A stretch of 64,000 nt of DNA from Macrostomum lignano (Eukaryota), in the NCBI GenBank assembly GCA_002269645.1, contig NIVC01000274.1, positions 116,353 through 180,352 of the forward strand. Direction: 5' to 3'. Below are positions 12,168 through 26,492 of the stretch, in pieces. Both the position numbers and the translations under genes were made by a program. Position 1 is the stretch's first letter. Each line of letters opens with the position of its first letter. Under the pieces are notes generated by a model, which saw nothing but the letters and a program-made list of their open reading frames with translations, had not been told where the DNA came from and made no database searches.

Positions 12168-13117
12168 ATGTCCACTCACCGCCGAGTCCTCATCGCCATA
12201 GACGGCAGCGAGAACAGCTTCATGGCGTTGAGCTACTACGCCCAGACTGCGCACAGAGAATCGGATCAGCTGATTTTCGCTTACGCCGCCGAGCCGCCCA
12301 GCCTGCCGAGGGGCACCGGCGCCAGCCTGCTGGCCGAGACCGAGGCCTACGCCGGCATGATGCGCGAGGCCGTGGAGCGGGGCAAAGAGCTCGGACAACG
12401 AATTCGATCCAGGTGGCTATATGATAATGGCATGCATAATTGCGCTCTGAATAGTTTACTACGCTACATATCGTCGTTCATTCAGAGTCTAAGAATTAGA
12501 CAAACAATAGAAATACGCTGTCAGTAGGTCTGAAAACTACATAATTCCAAGCTGGTAATCAAGGTGCTCAGGTAGAAAACTCGATCCAAGTATATGATTT
12601 CTCCTGCATTCAAAATTGCCCTCTGAAAGGTTTATTACGCTACATATCGGCACTCATTCAAGAAACTAGAATAGAATAACACATTCAGGTCAGTGATGCC
12701 TTCAAGATTAATCTAACGGACAAGATTTATAGAAATTTATAGAAATCGATAGATTGACGCTACGCAAAATATTGTTTAAATTAAAAGATTCGAACCTTCC
12801 AAATATTCGATTTACCCAGGTGCCAGCGGCTTGGCCTCCACAATGCCACAAAGTTCGTTGAGAAGCTAAGCAGTCAGGCCGGACCGGTCATTGTTGATGT
12901 CGCCAAAGACGAGTCCGTGGATCTCATCTTGCTGGGCAGCCGGGGCCACGGTACGCTGAGGCGCACCATCCTTGGCAGCGTGTCGGACTATGTGCTGCAT
13001 CATGCCCACCTGCCCACCATCGTGGTCCCCTTTTCCGAAGGCAGTCGGAAGAGTTCCACTGCCAGTCGGAAGAGTTCCACTGCCAGTCGGAAGAGTTCCA
13101 CTGCCAGTCGGCACTGA
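12168..13117 (+). CDS. Universal stress protein paralog 2, 2 exons (12168-12412, 12820-13117)
   Basis: RVLIAIDGSENS; phase-2 intron (ccag|gtggct ... tttacccag|gtgc) restores R-CQRLGLHNATKFVEK; DLILLGSRGHGTLRRTILGSVSDYVLHHA. Confidence 0.9.
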
Positions 13118-16100
13118 GGCGACCATCAAATATGGAACTTGTGTAATTTTCAAGCAGATAGAGCAGACAGTTATGAGTATCTCAAAGAAGAAAGTCTAAA
13201 TTCCACCTTGTACAGTTTATTACTTCAGAATTAACCTCTTGCAATTTTTTCATAGATGGGCTACAGAAACTTCCTTATTTGGCATTCGGAATATCTGCTG
13301 CAGTTGCGCTTCAATTTGTCCATCTGTTTTATTTCTCAATTGTAGCTTTTAGCATCTACCAAATCAAATAAATTCGATCTGATCTGGTCAAAGTACAGCC
13401 GTGCTCTCATTGCAGGGGGAAAGATCTAGCTTTTTGAATAAAGTTTGACAAGGGTTTTACCATAGACCAGGGTCTGCAAACTCGGGCCCGTGGGTCAAAT
13501 ACGACCCTCTCTTTATCCGGCCCTCGGTCCTTTGGAACTTCACAATAGCAATCTGGCTCGCTCAGGGCTTGTGGCTCTTCTCAGCTCTCTTCTCAAATAT
13601 ACTTTTTTTCTCTTTTCTCTCGTCTCAATCTAATCTCATCTCCTTCTCTTCTCTTCTCTCCTCTCCCTTCTCCCCTCTCTCCTCTCCCTTCTCTCCTCTA
13701 CTCCCTTCCCCTCTCCCTTCCTCTCTCCCTTCCCCTCTCCCCCTCATATTTCATCCCTCCTCTTGTCTCGTCTCTTCTTCATTGTACCATGACCTTTGTG
13801 CCCGCTGGGAACTTATTCTTGCCTCCGTCGGAAGTCCGTCGTATTGTGAGACAGCCGATTCATGGCTGCGTCCAGCAGATTGATGAGTTACAAATTCCAA
13901 TTCATCAGCTACAGCTACTACAGCAAAAAATCTTATTTCGTGTTTTGTCTATGGCTTTTGGTGGGGCTTCGCCCCCACACCCCCTTTCTACTCGTATTTT
14001 CTGTCCCACTTTGTCAAGGAAACAAATGTCTATGGCACAATAATAGTAATACCCATGCTTTAAGGGCGTTAATGGGAAAATCAGAGGGCTATTATTCGAT
14101 CCCTTACATCTCCTTTCTCGTTTCTTCTTTCCATGCGGAAGAATTCGTTACATTATATGAAGCATTCTTCTAAGTGCATCTGGAAGCCACCTGTAGCAGC
14201 TTTACTTTGCAACTGTTAATGAAAATCGTCACGGGCGACCAGAGCCACGAATTTCCTATTTCTGTCTGCACAGCGATATGTAACTAAGGAGAAATGTTGC
14301 AAGCTAACAGGGACTGAAAGCATTGCAGCGTTGAAAAAATGCGCGCAATTCTCACTGGATTTTAGTTGGGCTTCTTGCTTGAAATTGGAATCTCTTGACG
14401 CGCTTGACTGCGTTTCGGGTGGCAGGCAGCAATTCGTTATTCCGTTGCTATTTGGGATCCACTTTTACTGCACCGCTCAGCTAGCCTGCAGAGCAGCAAA
14501 AACTTTAGTTTCTATTTTGACTTTTCAGTTCTATATTTTGAAAAGAAAAACTTGGCTAAATTATTCTAAAAACGCATTTTATTGAGTGGTTTAGCTGGTT
14601 TAATTTAGGATAACATGCAGGAATGTTTAGCTGATAGCCTGATACTGTACATAGGCTGCTTGACATTTTCAATGGAAAAAAACCATGTAGAAATGGCTTC
14701 GAATTTTCAGTAGAATTAATTGCCCATCAACCGATTCAACTTAAATGTAGTAGCACACGCAGTAAGTTAACTGCTCCGAATTGCAAGATATCTAAAAAAT
14801 TAGCCTCAAAAATAGCTCAAACAATTAGGTCGATAATTGTAGGATCCCTGATTCACTCGTACGTCGATACAAAACTTATTTGTCTGAAGATTTTCCTACC
14901 ATATACCGAATACTTCACATAGAATTCCAGCTATCGCTATTCGCACTAATTTCTATGGAAGATATTCCGTTCGGAAAATCTCTCCGGAGAAAAATTTCCG
15001 CTTGTAAAACTCCGGCGAAAAAACACGGAAAAAATCTATCGCGACAAATCTTCATGGTGGCAAAGTTCGGTGAATTCGTCGGCAAGCATTTCTCGCTCTC
15101 ATTGTACGTGTATTCAATACTATGAATTTTAATAAGCTTAGAAACAAATCGAACAAATAAAATACTGTAATTTAGTATGATATACATATATGTTATATGT
15201 ATGTCTGATGTAGAATAGTATAGAATACTCGTAATATACATCCGTACGATTTTACCATGTCAGAAAGTAGTCTTTGCACAAGTAAGAAAGTAATTGTGTA
15301 ATAAAAATGTAGTTTGTTTTTCAATGCGGGACACAGACTTCAAATCGAATCACCTATTTCGATGGATGTTCCTTTGTTTTATTTTAGCGTGAAAATAGAG
15401 TGCTATTGTTTAAAAAACGTCTAGCTTTCCATGACAGTCTGCGGGGAACTCTTATAAAACGGTAGAATGGACAGAAACGATCTGATAATGTTTGTTCTAA
15501 ATTCTTTCTTATGCAGGTAAAAATTTTAAAAAGATGATATTTTTAAAGAGTTAGTAGAAATAATCCTGTTAGCTATTGTTCTTTTAAAGAGATGAAATTA
15601 GCCTATGGGGCTATGCTATGTTAATGGCAAAAATATGGTCGAGTCATAGGATATTTACCACAAAATTCTGAGTGGTAGAAACTGTCTCTTTTATGATCCT
15701 GTTCTGACATCCTTTTAGTGACTAACAAAGTTGACGTTTTTAAGAGCAAAATGTTTAGCTAAAGTTTTAAAAAAAATTATAGCTTTAACATTTTATAGTC
15801 TTGCATCTTAAATACAAAAATCAAGAAAATTGCTGCTTACTGGCAACTGACACTGATTTGTTGGTTTCTCATGCATAATTTTGTTGAATTCGAAATGAAT
15901 TTTTTGTTTTCAATTTACCCATAGAATATATTTTTTTTCAAATCCAATCCTAAATTTATTTAGTATTAGGCACTAGCATATGCCAACCATAGCTATTTAT
16001 TTTTTAAATTAGCATTGCACATTTGTTTCAATCTATCATAGAAGTATCTCTAAAAGGTTATGTATTTTAATGGTTATATTCATGTCAAGAATTTAGGGAG

Positions 16101-16378
16101 GGATAAGTGATAAGAAAAAGTAATTATAAATTTCTTTTAACTACAGTACATCATTGCAATAATTTTGAGCTATTTAGTATATTTTCTAAAAAGAACACAA
16201 TGGAATAGGTCATGGTCAATCAGGAAAAAATCAAAAAGCTACTTTATTGGATCTTTATTTTAATTGTACATTTTGCTTTGATTCATCTTAATTGCTCTAT
16301 ATCCAATTATAAATATTTATTATTTATAAGCATTATATGAGTTTTGCTTTATTTTTTATTCATGATATTATTGGCACT

Positions 16379-19300
16379 ATGAAATTTGCTGAACATCTCC
16401 AAGCTCACCTTACACCAGAGTGGCGAACTCAATATATAAAATATGATGTAATTTTTATTTAAGCTTCTGATTTTTTATGATTACTGTAACTTAGCTTTTT
16501 AATATTAAATTTAATTGGTTTCAGGATCTCAAGGAATTTCTATACAAGTGTGCAAATGAAATTTCTGAAGAACTAGGTAAAGTAGTTATTGTCTGTCATA
16601 ATTTTACAGAGTTGTGTCATATAAAACTACCTTCGAAGTATCAACCTTTCACTCATGCACTCCCAGATGAGGAAACCCGCCAAGCCTACTTCATATCCAA
16701 AGACGAAGAATTCTACAACGTGTGCAACGACGAGCTTATCAAAATCAACGACTTCTTTGAAGAGAAAGTAGCGGAGGCCAAGCGCCGGTTAAAAGACTTG
16801 GAGCAGGAGCTGGCCGAGTACAAACAGTTCAAGCAGCAGCTGGCAACTCAGAAGCTCCAGGCTAACGGCGTCGACGCTGTGCTGCCAGGCGCCATGATTC
16901 GCCGGTACCGCGACATGAAGAAGCACCGCGGCCGGGTTCGCAAACTCCAAGAGATCAAATTGGCCTTCCAGGAGTTCTATTTGAACCTCATACTGTTGCA
17001 GAACTATCAGGCATTGAATTTCACCGGATTTAGAAAGATACTTAAGAAACATGATAAGGTAAGATATTACTCCTTCTCCCACACCCAGTCCCGCTCTCCT
17101 ATTCCCCTTTCCCAATCTCCCTCTCCCAGTCTTCCTCTTCCAGTCTACCACTTTCAATCTCCCTTTCCCCTCTCCCAGTCTCCATCTCCCTCTCCCAGTC
17201 ACCCTCTCCCATTTCCCTCTCCCAGTCTTCCTCTTCCAATCTCCCTCTCCCAGTCTCCCTCATCCAATCTCCCTCACCCAGTCACCCTCTCCCAGCCTCC
17301 CTCTCCCACTCCATTCTCTCATCCATCCATCTCCTAACCTCCCTCTCCCAATCTCCTTCTCCGATATCTATATCCCGGTCTCAATCTCCCTTATTCGAAA
17401 GAAAAATTTTGCTTTAAAAATTTGTGAGTAAAATCTATATAAAAATAAATAATTGAATAAATAAAATCCTGATATGGTACAAAAAGCCAGGTTTTGGGTA
17501 GGTGTTTTAGAATTATGAATAATAGCTTAATTAGCTAATCTGATGCTTCTTTGTCAATACTCTCTGCTCTCTTATCTCATTTCTTATCCACGCCTCGATC
17601 CCATTAGTTAAAATAGTATAATCTGCGCTATATAATGACAGCCATTACATAGTCACACTCATAAGTTCTTTGTTAGTATTACACAAGAAAAACTGTCAAG
17701 TACTCGTGTGTTGCCAATCGGGGAAATGCTGTTTCCTGTTCTTCTTCTGCGGCAGCAAGCCAATGGCATGCAGTAGCACTGGTACTTCTTTACTTTCCTG
17801 GATCTTTTCAGAGCCGTTGTTTTGTGCTTTACTAATTAAGTTAAATCTATACTGGAGGCATTTGGGTATTTTTAGGTCAGCTGGCATCACGAATCCGTGT
17901 TTTGACTTAGCTATTTGATAGGCTAGCTAATGTCAAGCACGACTGTTGAAAAGTACACAGGGGTTTCCACGCCTGATTCAATTTCACTTTTGCTCTCTTT
18001 TTCTTCTTTTTTTAGAGGCTAGAGCGGAGAAAATGAAGGGCTGAGAGAAGGGAAAGGGAATGGGTGAGAGTATGGAGAGGGAAGGGCTGAGAGGAAGGAG
18101 AGAGAAGGGCTGAGAGGAGGGTGTGGGAAGGGCTGAGAGGAGGGAGAGGGAAGGGCTGAGAGGAGGGAGAGGGAAGGGCTGAGAGGAGGGAGAGGGAAGG
18201 GCTGAGAGGAGGGAGAGGGAAGGGGTGAGAGAAGGGAAAGGGAATGGGTGAGAGTATGGAGAGGGAAGGGCTGAAAGGAAGGAGAGGGAAGGGCTGAGAG
18301 GAAGGAGAGAGAAGGGCTGAGAGTATGGAGAGGGAAGAGCTGAGAGGAAGGAGAGAGAAGGGCTGAGAGTATGGAGAGGGAAGGGCTGAGAGGAAGGAGA
18401 GAGAAGGGCTGAGAGTATGGAGAGGGAAGAGCTGAGAGGAAGGAGAGAGGAGGGCTGAGAGGAAGGAGAGGGAAGGGCTGAGAGGAAGGAGAGAGAAGGG
18501 CTGAGAGTATGGAGAGGGAAGAGCTGAGAGGAAGGAGAGGGAAGGGCTGAGAGGAAGGAGAGGGAAGGGCTGAGAGGAAGGAGAGGGAAGGGCTGAGAGG
18601 AAGGAGAGGGAAGGGTTGAGAGGAAGGAGAGGGAAGGGCTGAGAGGAAGGAGAGGGAAGGGCTAAGAGGAAGGAGAGGGAAGGGCTGAGAGGAAGGAGAG
18701 AGAAGGGCTGAGAGTATGGAGAGGGAAGAGCTGAGAGGAAGGAGAGAGGAGGGCTGAGAGTATGGAGAGGGAAGAGCTGAGAGGAGGGAGAGGGAAAAAA
18801 GAGGGTAAAAAAGAGGGAACAGTGGAATCATATATAACATGTTAACAGCCAATAAAGCTTGCCGCATTGTGTAACTATTTACTACAATTGAATATGCCTA
18901 ATATTGCTGGCACTCCCTGCCACTCCGCCAGATATTCGGACTCTCATCCGGCTATCAGTGGCGCGTTAGAAACGTAGAATCGGCCAGATTCAATGTCAGC
19001 AAAGACGTGGCGGAGTTTATCGACCGAGTTGAACAGGTGTACATTGGCGACTTGGAGCGGGGCGACCGGCACACGGCTATGAAGCGGCTGAGGGTGCCGC
19101 CACTTACTGAGAGGGTAATTTACTAGTTACCTGAATAGTTTTGTTGCAGTAAAGTACAATTGAAGTTCGTTAAAAGTAAAGTAGATCAACAGCGTCACAG
19201 GGTCTCCCTTACCCAGTCTCCCTCACTCTGTCTCCCTCACCCAGTCTCCCTTACCCAGTCTCCCTCACCCAGTCTCCCTCACCCAGTCTCCCTCACCCAG

Positions 19301-22300
19301 TCTCCCTCACCCAGTCTCCCTCACCCAGTCTCCCTCACCCAGTCTCCCTCACCCAGTCTCCCTCACCCAGTCTCCCTCACCCAGTCTCCCTCACTCAGTC
19401 TCCCTCACTCAGTCTCCCTCACCTAATCTCCCTCAGCCGCGTGAATGTGCTGACAGTGAATGTTGGCCCACTTGGCTAGTGACGTTAGAACTGGAACTCT
19501 CACCTGCCCCTTCTCTAACCCCCAAATGAGCAGGAAAAGCCGGGCACCACATTTCTAGTTGGCTTTCTATTCGGCATATTCTCAATGCAATCGCTGTCAG
19601 TAACGCTCGCCATTGTGTACCTCGGTCCCGGGATCGAGCCTTGGCAGCCAGGCCTGCGGCTATTCCGAGCGTCACTATTAGTGCCGCTGTTCATCTGCCT
19701 GCTAGGCGTCAACACCTACGGTTGGCGCGGGGCCGGGGTTAATCACGTGCTAATATTTGAAATCGATCCCAGGCACCATCTAAATCATATGGAGATTCTC
19801 AAAGCTGGCGGTATATTGGCTGTGACCTGGTGCGCCGCACTGCAGCTGTTTGTGTTCTCCGGCTGGCTTACCGGCATGCCACCCTTCGCCGCGCCCCTGC
19901 TCTACTGGGCATTTATGCCCATTTATCTGTTGAATCCGCTGCCAGTCTGTCAGCACAAGTCCAGGCGGTGGCTCTGCCGGATTCTGGTAAATTATATTTT
20001 TTATATAGCGGTGCGCGATCATTTGGGACAGGGTATGACAGGGAGAAGCGAAAAGGGAGGGCAGATGAGGGAGGAATAGAGAGGGCGAATCTATGTGCTG
20101 AGAGGAAGTAAGCGAAAATGAGGAATAGCGGAGAAAATGGAGAGTGAGTGGAAAGAGTGAATAGGAGGGGCGGAGTGGAGGGGGCGTTAACGTAGAGGGA
20201 GGAGCGGAGAGGAGCGGAGAGGAGCAGAGAAGAGCGGAGAGGAGCGGAGAGGAGCAGAGAAGAGCGGAGAGGACCGGAGAGGAGCGGAGAAGAGTGGAAA
20301 GGAGCGGAGAGGAGCGGAGAAGAGCGGAAAGGAGCGGAGAAGAGCGGAAAGGAGTGGAGAAGAGCGGAGAGGAACGGAAGAGGAACGGAGAGGAGCGAAG
20401 AGGAACGGAAGAGGAACGGAGAGGAGCGGAAAGGAGCGAAAAAGAGCGGAGAAGAGCGGAAAGGAGCGGAGAGGAGCGGAGAAGAGCGGAAAGGAGCGGA
20501 GAGGAGCGGAGAGGAACGGAAGAGGAACGGAGAGGAGCGGAAAGGAGCGAAAAAGAGCGGAGAAGAGCGGAAACGAACGGAGAGGAGCGGAGAAGAGCGG
20601 AAAGGAGCGAAAAAGTGCGGAGAAGAGCGGAGAGGAGCGGAGAGGAGCGAAAAAGTGCGGAGAAGAGCGGAGAGGAGCGGAAAGGAGCGAAAAAGTGCGG
20701 AGAAGAGCGGAGAGGAGCGGAGAGGAGCGGAGAGGAGCGGAGAAGAGCGGAGAGGAGCGGAGAGGAGCGGAAAAGAGCGGAGAGGAGCGAAAAAGTGCGG
20801 AGAAGAGCGGAGAGGAGCGGAGAGGAGCGGAGAGGAGCGGAGAAGAGCGGAGAGGAGCGGAGAGGAGCGGAGAAGAGCGGAGAGGAGCGGAGAGGAGCGG
20901 AGAGGAACGGAAGAGGAACGGAGAGAAGCGGGGAGGAACGGAGAGGAGCGAAGAGGAACGGAGAGGAGCGGAGATAAGCGGGAGGAACGGAGAGGAAAGG
21001 GCGGAGAAAAATCAAAGAGAATATCGCATCTAATATCTACGCTCTTTTGCAGAGAGAAAATGCTCTCTTCATAGCTCCACAGAGAGGTATAAAATTTCTA
21101 AATAAAAAACCTTTAAGCCTTTCCAGCCCGCACTGTTCGCTTTCTCGCTAGACGCTACTGCACACTTGATTGATAAGTGGAATGCCAAATTAGTTCAATA
21201 AATCGAAGCCTCACTTCCTGCCCAGTACTATGCGTCAAGAAAATTGAAGTACTATTGGAGAGCGTACGTATGTACGAGTAGACAAGCAAAGATATTGTAG
21301 TTTCAAAAGCTGCCTAGTTGGATGCTGGGCCATCACTTCAATGTAAAGGACTCTGTTGGAGAGAACGGAAGTGTTGGGTACTTTTACTTTCCACTTCTTT
21401 GAAGCGGCAAACAGCTCATCATAAAGTCACGAACTTAATGTACTCAGAACTGCGTCACTGTCCACGCGATTTGTTAAACCATTTCCAGACGCTACAGTTA
21501 AACCCCTACTGCGCCAAGAGAATAATTGATCTAGTCTAATAATCCCAAACTAAAGTCTAAGAATCCCAATCTTAAATCTAAGAATCCCAATCAGAAATCT
21601 AAGAATCCCAATCAGAAATCTAAGAATCCCAATCTTAAATCTAAGAATCCCAATCAGAAATCTAAGAATCCCAATCAGAAATCTAAGAATCCCAATCAGA
21701 AATCTAAGAATCCCAATCAGAAATCTAAGAATCCCAATCAGAAATCTAAGAATCCCAGTCAGAAATCTAAGAATCCCAATCTTAAATCTAAGAATCCCAA
21801 TCAGAAATCTAAGAATCCCAATCAGAAATCTAAGAATCCCAATCAGAAATCTAAGAATCCCAATCAGAAATCTAAGAATCCCAATCAGAAATCTAAGAAT
21901 CCCAACCTGAAATCTAAGAATCCCAACCTGAAATCTAAGAATCCCAATCAGAAATCTAAGAATCCCAATCAGAAATCTAAGAATCCCAACCTGAAATCTA
22001 AGAATCCCAACCTGAAATCTAAGAATCCCAACCTGAAATCTAAGAATCCCAACCTGAAATCTAAGAATCCCAATCTGAAATCTAAGAATCCCAATCAGAA
22101 ATCTAAGAATCCCAATCAGAAATCTAAGAATCCCAACCTGAAATCTAAGAATCCCAATCAGAAATCTAAGAATCCCAATCTGAAGTCTAAGAATCCCAAC
22201 CTGAAATCGAAGAATCCCAATCAGAAATCTAAGAATCCCAATCAGAAATCTAAGAATCCCAATCAGAAATCTAAGAATCCCAATCTGAAGTCTAAGAATC

Positions 22301-25300
22301 CCAACCTGAAATCTAAGAATCCCAATCAGAAATCTAAGAATCCCAATCTGAAGTCTAAGAATCCCAATCTGAAATTTAAGAATCCCAATCAGAAATCTAA
22401 GAATCCCAATCAGAAATCTAAGAATCCCAATCAGAAATCTAAGAATCCCAATCAGAAATCTAAGAATCCCAATCAGAAATCTAAGAATCCCAATCAGAAA
22501 TCTAAGAATCCCAATCAGAAATCTAAGAATCCCAATCAGAAATCTAAGAATCCCAATCAGAAATCTAAGAATCCCAATCTTAAATCTAAGAATCCCAACC
22601 TGAAATCTAAGAATCCCAATCAGAAATCTAAGAATCCCAATCAGAAATCTAAGAATCCCAACCTGAAATCTAAGAATCCCAACCTGAAATCTAAGAATCC
22701 CAATCAGAAATCTAAGAATCCCAATCAGAAATCTAAGAATCCCAACCTGAAATCTAAGAATCCCAACCTGAAATCTAAGAATCCCAACCTGAAATCTAAG
22801 AATCCCAACCTGAAATCTAAGAATCCCAATCAGAAATCTAAGAATCCCAATCAGAAATCTAAGAATCCCAATCAGAAATCTAAGAATCCCAATCAGAAAT
22901 CTAAGAATCCCAATCAGAAATCTAAGAATCCCAATCAGAAATCTAAGAATCCCAATCAGAAATCTAAGAATCCCAATCAGAAATCTAAGAATCCCAATCT
23001 TAAATCTAAGAATCCCAACCTGAAATCTAAGAATCCCAACCTGAAATCTAAGAATCCCAACCTGAAATCTAAGAATCCCAATCAGAAATCTAAGAATCCC
23101 AATCAGAAATCTAAGAATCCCAATCAGAAATCTAAGAATCCCAATCAGAAATCTAAGAATCCCAACCTGAAATCTAAGAATCCCAATCAGAAATCTAAGA
23201 ATCCCAATCAGAAATCTAAGAATCCCAACCTGAAATCTAAGAATCCCAACCTGAAATCTAAGAATCCCAATCAGAAATCTAAGAATCCCAACCTGAAATC
23301 TAAGAATCCCAATCAGAAATCTAAGAATCCCAATCTGAAGTCTAAGAATCCCAACCTGAAATCGAAGAATCCCAATCTGAAATCTAAGAATCCCAACCTG
23401 AAATCTAAGAATCCCAACCTGAAATCTAAGAATCCCAGTCAGAAATCTAAGAATCCCAATCAGAAATCTAAGAATCCCAATCAGAAATCTAAGAATCCCA
23501 ACCTGAAATCTTAGAATCCCAACCTGAAATCTAAGAATCCCAACCTGAAATCTAAGAATCCCAATCAGAAATCTAAGAATCCCAATCAGAAATCTAAGAA
23601 TCCCAACCTGAAATCTAAGAATCCCAACCTGAAATCTAAGAATCCCAACCTGAAATCTAAGAATCCCAACCTGAAATCTAAGAATCCCAATCAGAAATCT
23701 AAGAATCCCAATCAGAAATCTAAGAATCCCAATCAGAAATCTAAGAATCCCAATCAGAAATCTAAGAATCCCAATCAGAAATCTAAGAATCCCAATCAGA
23801 AATCTAAGAATCCCAATCAGAAATCTAAGAATCCCAATCAGAAATCTAAGAATCCCAATCTTAAATCTAAGAATCCCAACCTGAAATCTAAGAATCCCAA
23901 CCTGAAATCTAAGAATCCCAACCTGAAATCTAAGAATCCCAATCAGAAATCTAAGAATCCCAATCAGAAATCTAAGAATCCCAATCAGAAATCTAAGAAT
24001 CCCAATCAGAAATCTAAGAATCCCAACCTGAAATCTAAGAATCCCAATCAGAAATCTAAGAATCCCAATCAGAAATCTAAGAATCCCAACCTGAAATCTA
24101 AGAATCCCAACCTGAAATCTAAGAATCCCAATCAGAAATCTAAGAATCCCAACCTGAAATCTAAGAATCCCAATCAGAAATCTAAGAATCCCAATCTGAA
24201 GTCTAAGAATCCCAACCTGAAATCGAAGAATCCCAATCTGAAATCTAAGAATCCCAACCTGAAATCTAAGAATCCCAACCTGAAATCTAAGAATCCCAGT
24301 CAGAAATCTAAGAATCCCAATCAGAAATCTAAGAATCCCAATCAGAAATCTAAGAATCCCAACCTGAAATCTTAGAATCCCAACCTGAAATCTAAGAATC
24401 CCAGTCAGAAATCTAAGAATCCCAATCTCAAAGCGAACAGTCTAAATCCACATTCGTATTTGCAGTTCCGCATATTCGCTGCCCCGTTTCGTCCGGTGGC
24501 ATTCTCAGATTTCTGGCTGGCCGATCAGCTGAATAGCATGTCAGTATTTTTTATTGACTCGGCCTATGGAGTCTGCTACTATGCCAGCGGCGCCGTCCGT
24601 TGGAGCGGTGGCGCTTCCGGTGTGGCTGCATTCACTTCCGCCGCCGGGAATGCTACTGTGACGGCCAGCTTTGCTGGTGTGTGACTCGATTGGAACTGCA
24701 GTTGAGGGGGCATAGTGGAATAGGCTTGCATATTATTTGATACGCTGGCATATGATTTGATAGGGTTACATATGATTTGATAGGGTTGCATATGATTTGA
24801 TAGGGTTGATTATGATTTGATAGGGTTGCATATGATTTGATAGGGTTGCATATGATTTGATAGGGTTGATTATGATTTGATAGGGTTGCATATGATTTGA
24901 TAGGGTTGCATATGATTTGATAGGGTTGCATATGATTTGATAGGGTTGATTATGATTTGATAGGGTTGCATATGATTTGATAGGGTTGCATATGATTTGA
25001 TAGGCTGACATATGATTTGATAGGGTTGAATATGATTTGATAGGGTTGAATATGATTTGATAGGGTTGCATATGATTTGATAGACTGACATATGATTTGA
25101 TAGGCTGACATATGATTTGATAGGGTTGAATATGATTTGATAGGGTTGAATATGATTTGATAGGGTTGCATATGATTTGATAGGCTGGCATATGATTTGA
25201 TAGGCTGGCATATGATTTGATAGGCTGGCATGTGATTTGATAGGGTTGAATATGATTTGATAGGGTGGCATATGATTTGATGGAATCTGATATGATTTAG

Positions 25301-26442
25301 TAATGTGACATAACTAAATGTATTCGGTCAAGTTAACAAATTCTAAAATAGGTTGCCAGTTATATCAGATTCCAGTTTTATCCCTAACGCCTTCCTTTTA
25401 TCCTCATCGCCCCCCTGCGCTTAGTGGAATGCTCCGGCCTGGCTTACGGCCTCGCCCCACTGTTTGGCTGCCTGCCAGCCTGGTTCCGCTTTGCTCAGTG
25501 CCTTCGCCGTTACTGGGACATGCCTGAGAGGCACGCGTTCCCTCACCTGGTCAATGCCGGCAAGTACAGCATGACCTTCTTTGCCACTGCGGGCGCGGTT
25601 GCGCATCATGCTACTGGAAGTAAGATAATGCGATTTTTATAACTTCCATCCATCCATCCATCCATCCATCCATCCATCCATCCATCCATCCATCCATCCA
25701 TCCATCCATCCATCCATCCATCCATCCATCCATCCATCCATCCATCCATCCATCCATCCATCCATCCATCCATCCACCCTTCCATCCATCCACCCTTCCA
25801 TCCATCCATCCATCCATCCACCCATCCATCCATCCATCCATCCATCCATCCATCCATCCATCCATCCATCCATCCATCCATCCATTCATCCATCCATCCA
25901 TCCATCCATCCATCCATCTATCTTTCCTTTCTTCCAAGGATATCTCCAACGTGCCATAAATCACTTGAGCATATTTTCCACTCCCACAGACTGGATCGCT
26001 CTGACAGTTCACATCTGTCTGTTCCTGCTAGCAGCGGCCTACGGCTACACCTGGGACATTCTAATGGACTGGGGCCTGTTGTACCGGCCTAAAGAGGGCC
26101 AATTGTTGCGCGAAGATCTAGTTTATAGTCGAACATGGGTATATTATGCTGCTATGATTGAAAATTTACTGTTGCGACTTTCTGGTTTGGCTGCTATCGC
26201 TTCTAGGTCCTATTTAACCGAAGGTCATCATCAGGTTGGTGATTTTACTTTCTATCAGCTTTTTGGGTGTACGGGTACATTACATGGGTGTTGGGCTAGC
26301 GGGTCTGCTATTGACTCTGTAGGGAAAGAATTCTTCAGATGTACATTCTAAGGCTGACGGGGCTCTTATTGATTCGCGGGAGAGAGTGAGAGAAGTCTTT
26401 AGAGTACATTCTAGGGGTGAAGGGGCTGTTATTGATTCGCGG

Positions 26443-26492
<50 letters not shown>

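Noticed and set aside
13468-13530. hAT-like terminus CAGGGTCTGCAAACTCGGGCCCG
   Set aside because: No partner end or TSD found, so not called as an element.
19437-19533. Alternative XPR1 acceptor at the end of the 14-bp array
   Set aside because: It introduces an in-frame TGA; the 19534 acceptor matches homolog spacing.
21541-24430. CRISPR-like appearance of this and other arrays (e.g. 7500-7795, 45600-46465, 49518-49752)
   Set aside because: Contiguous units without unique spacers, no cas genes, eukaryotic context.
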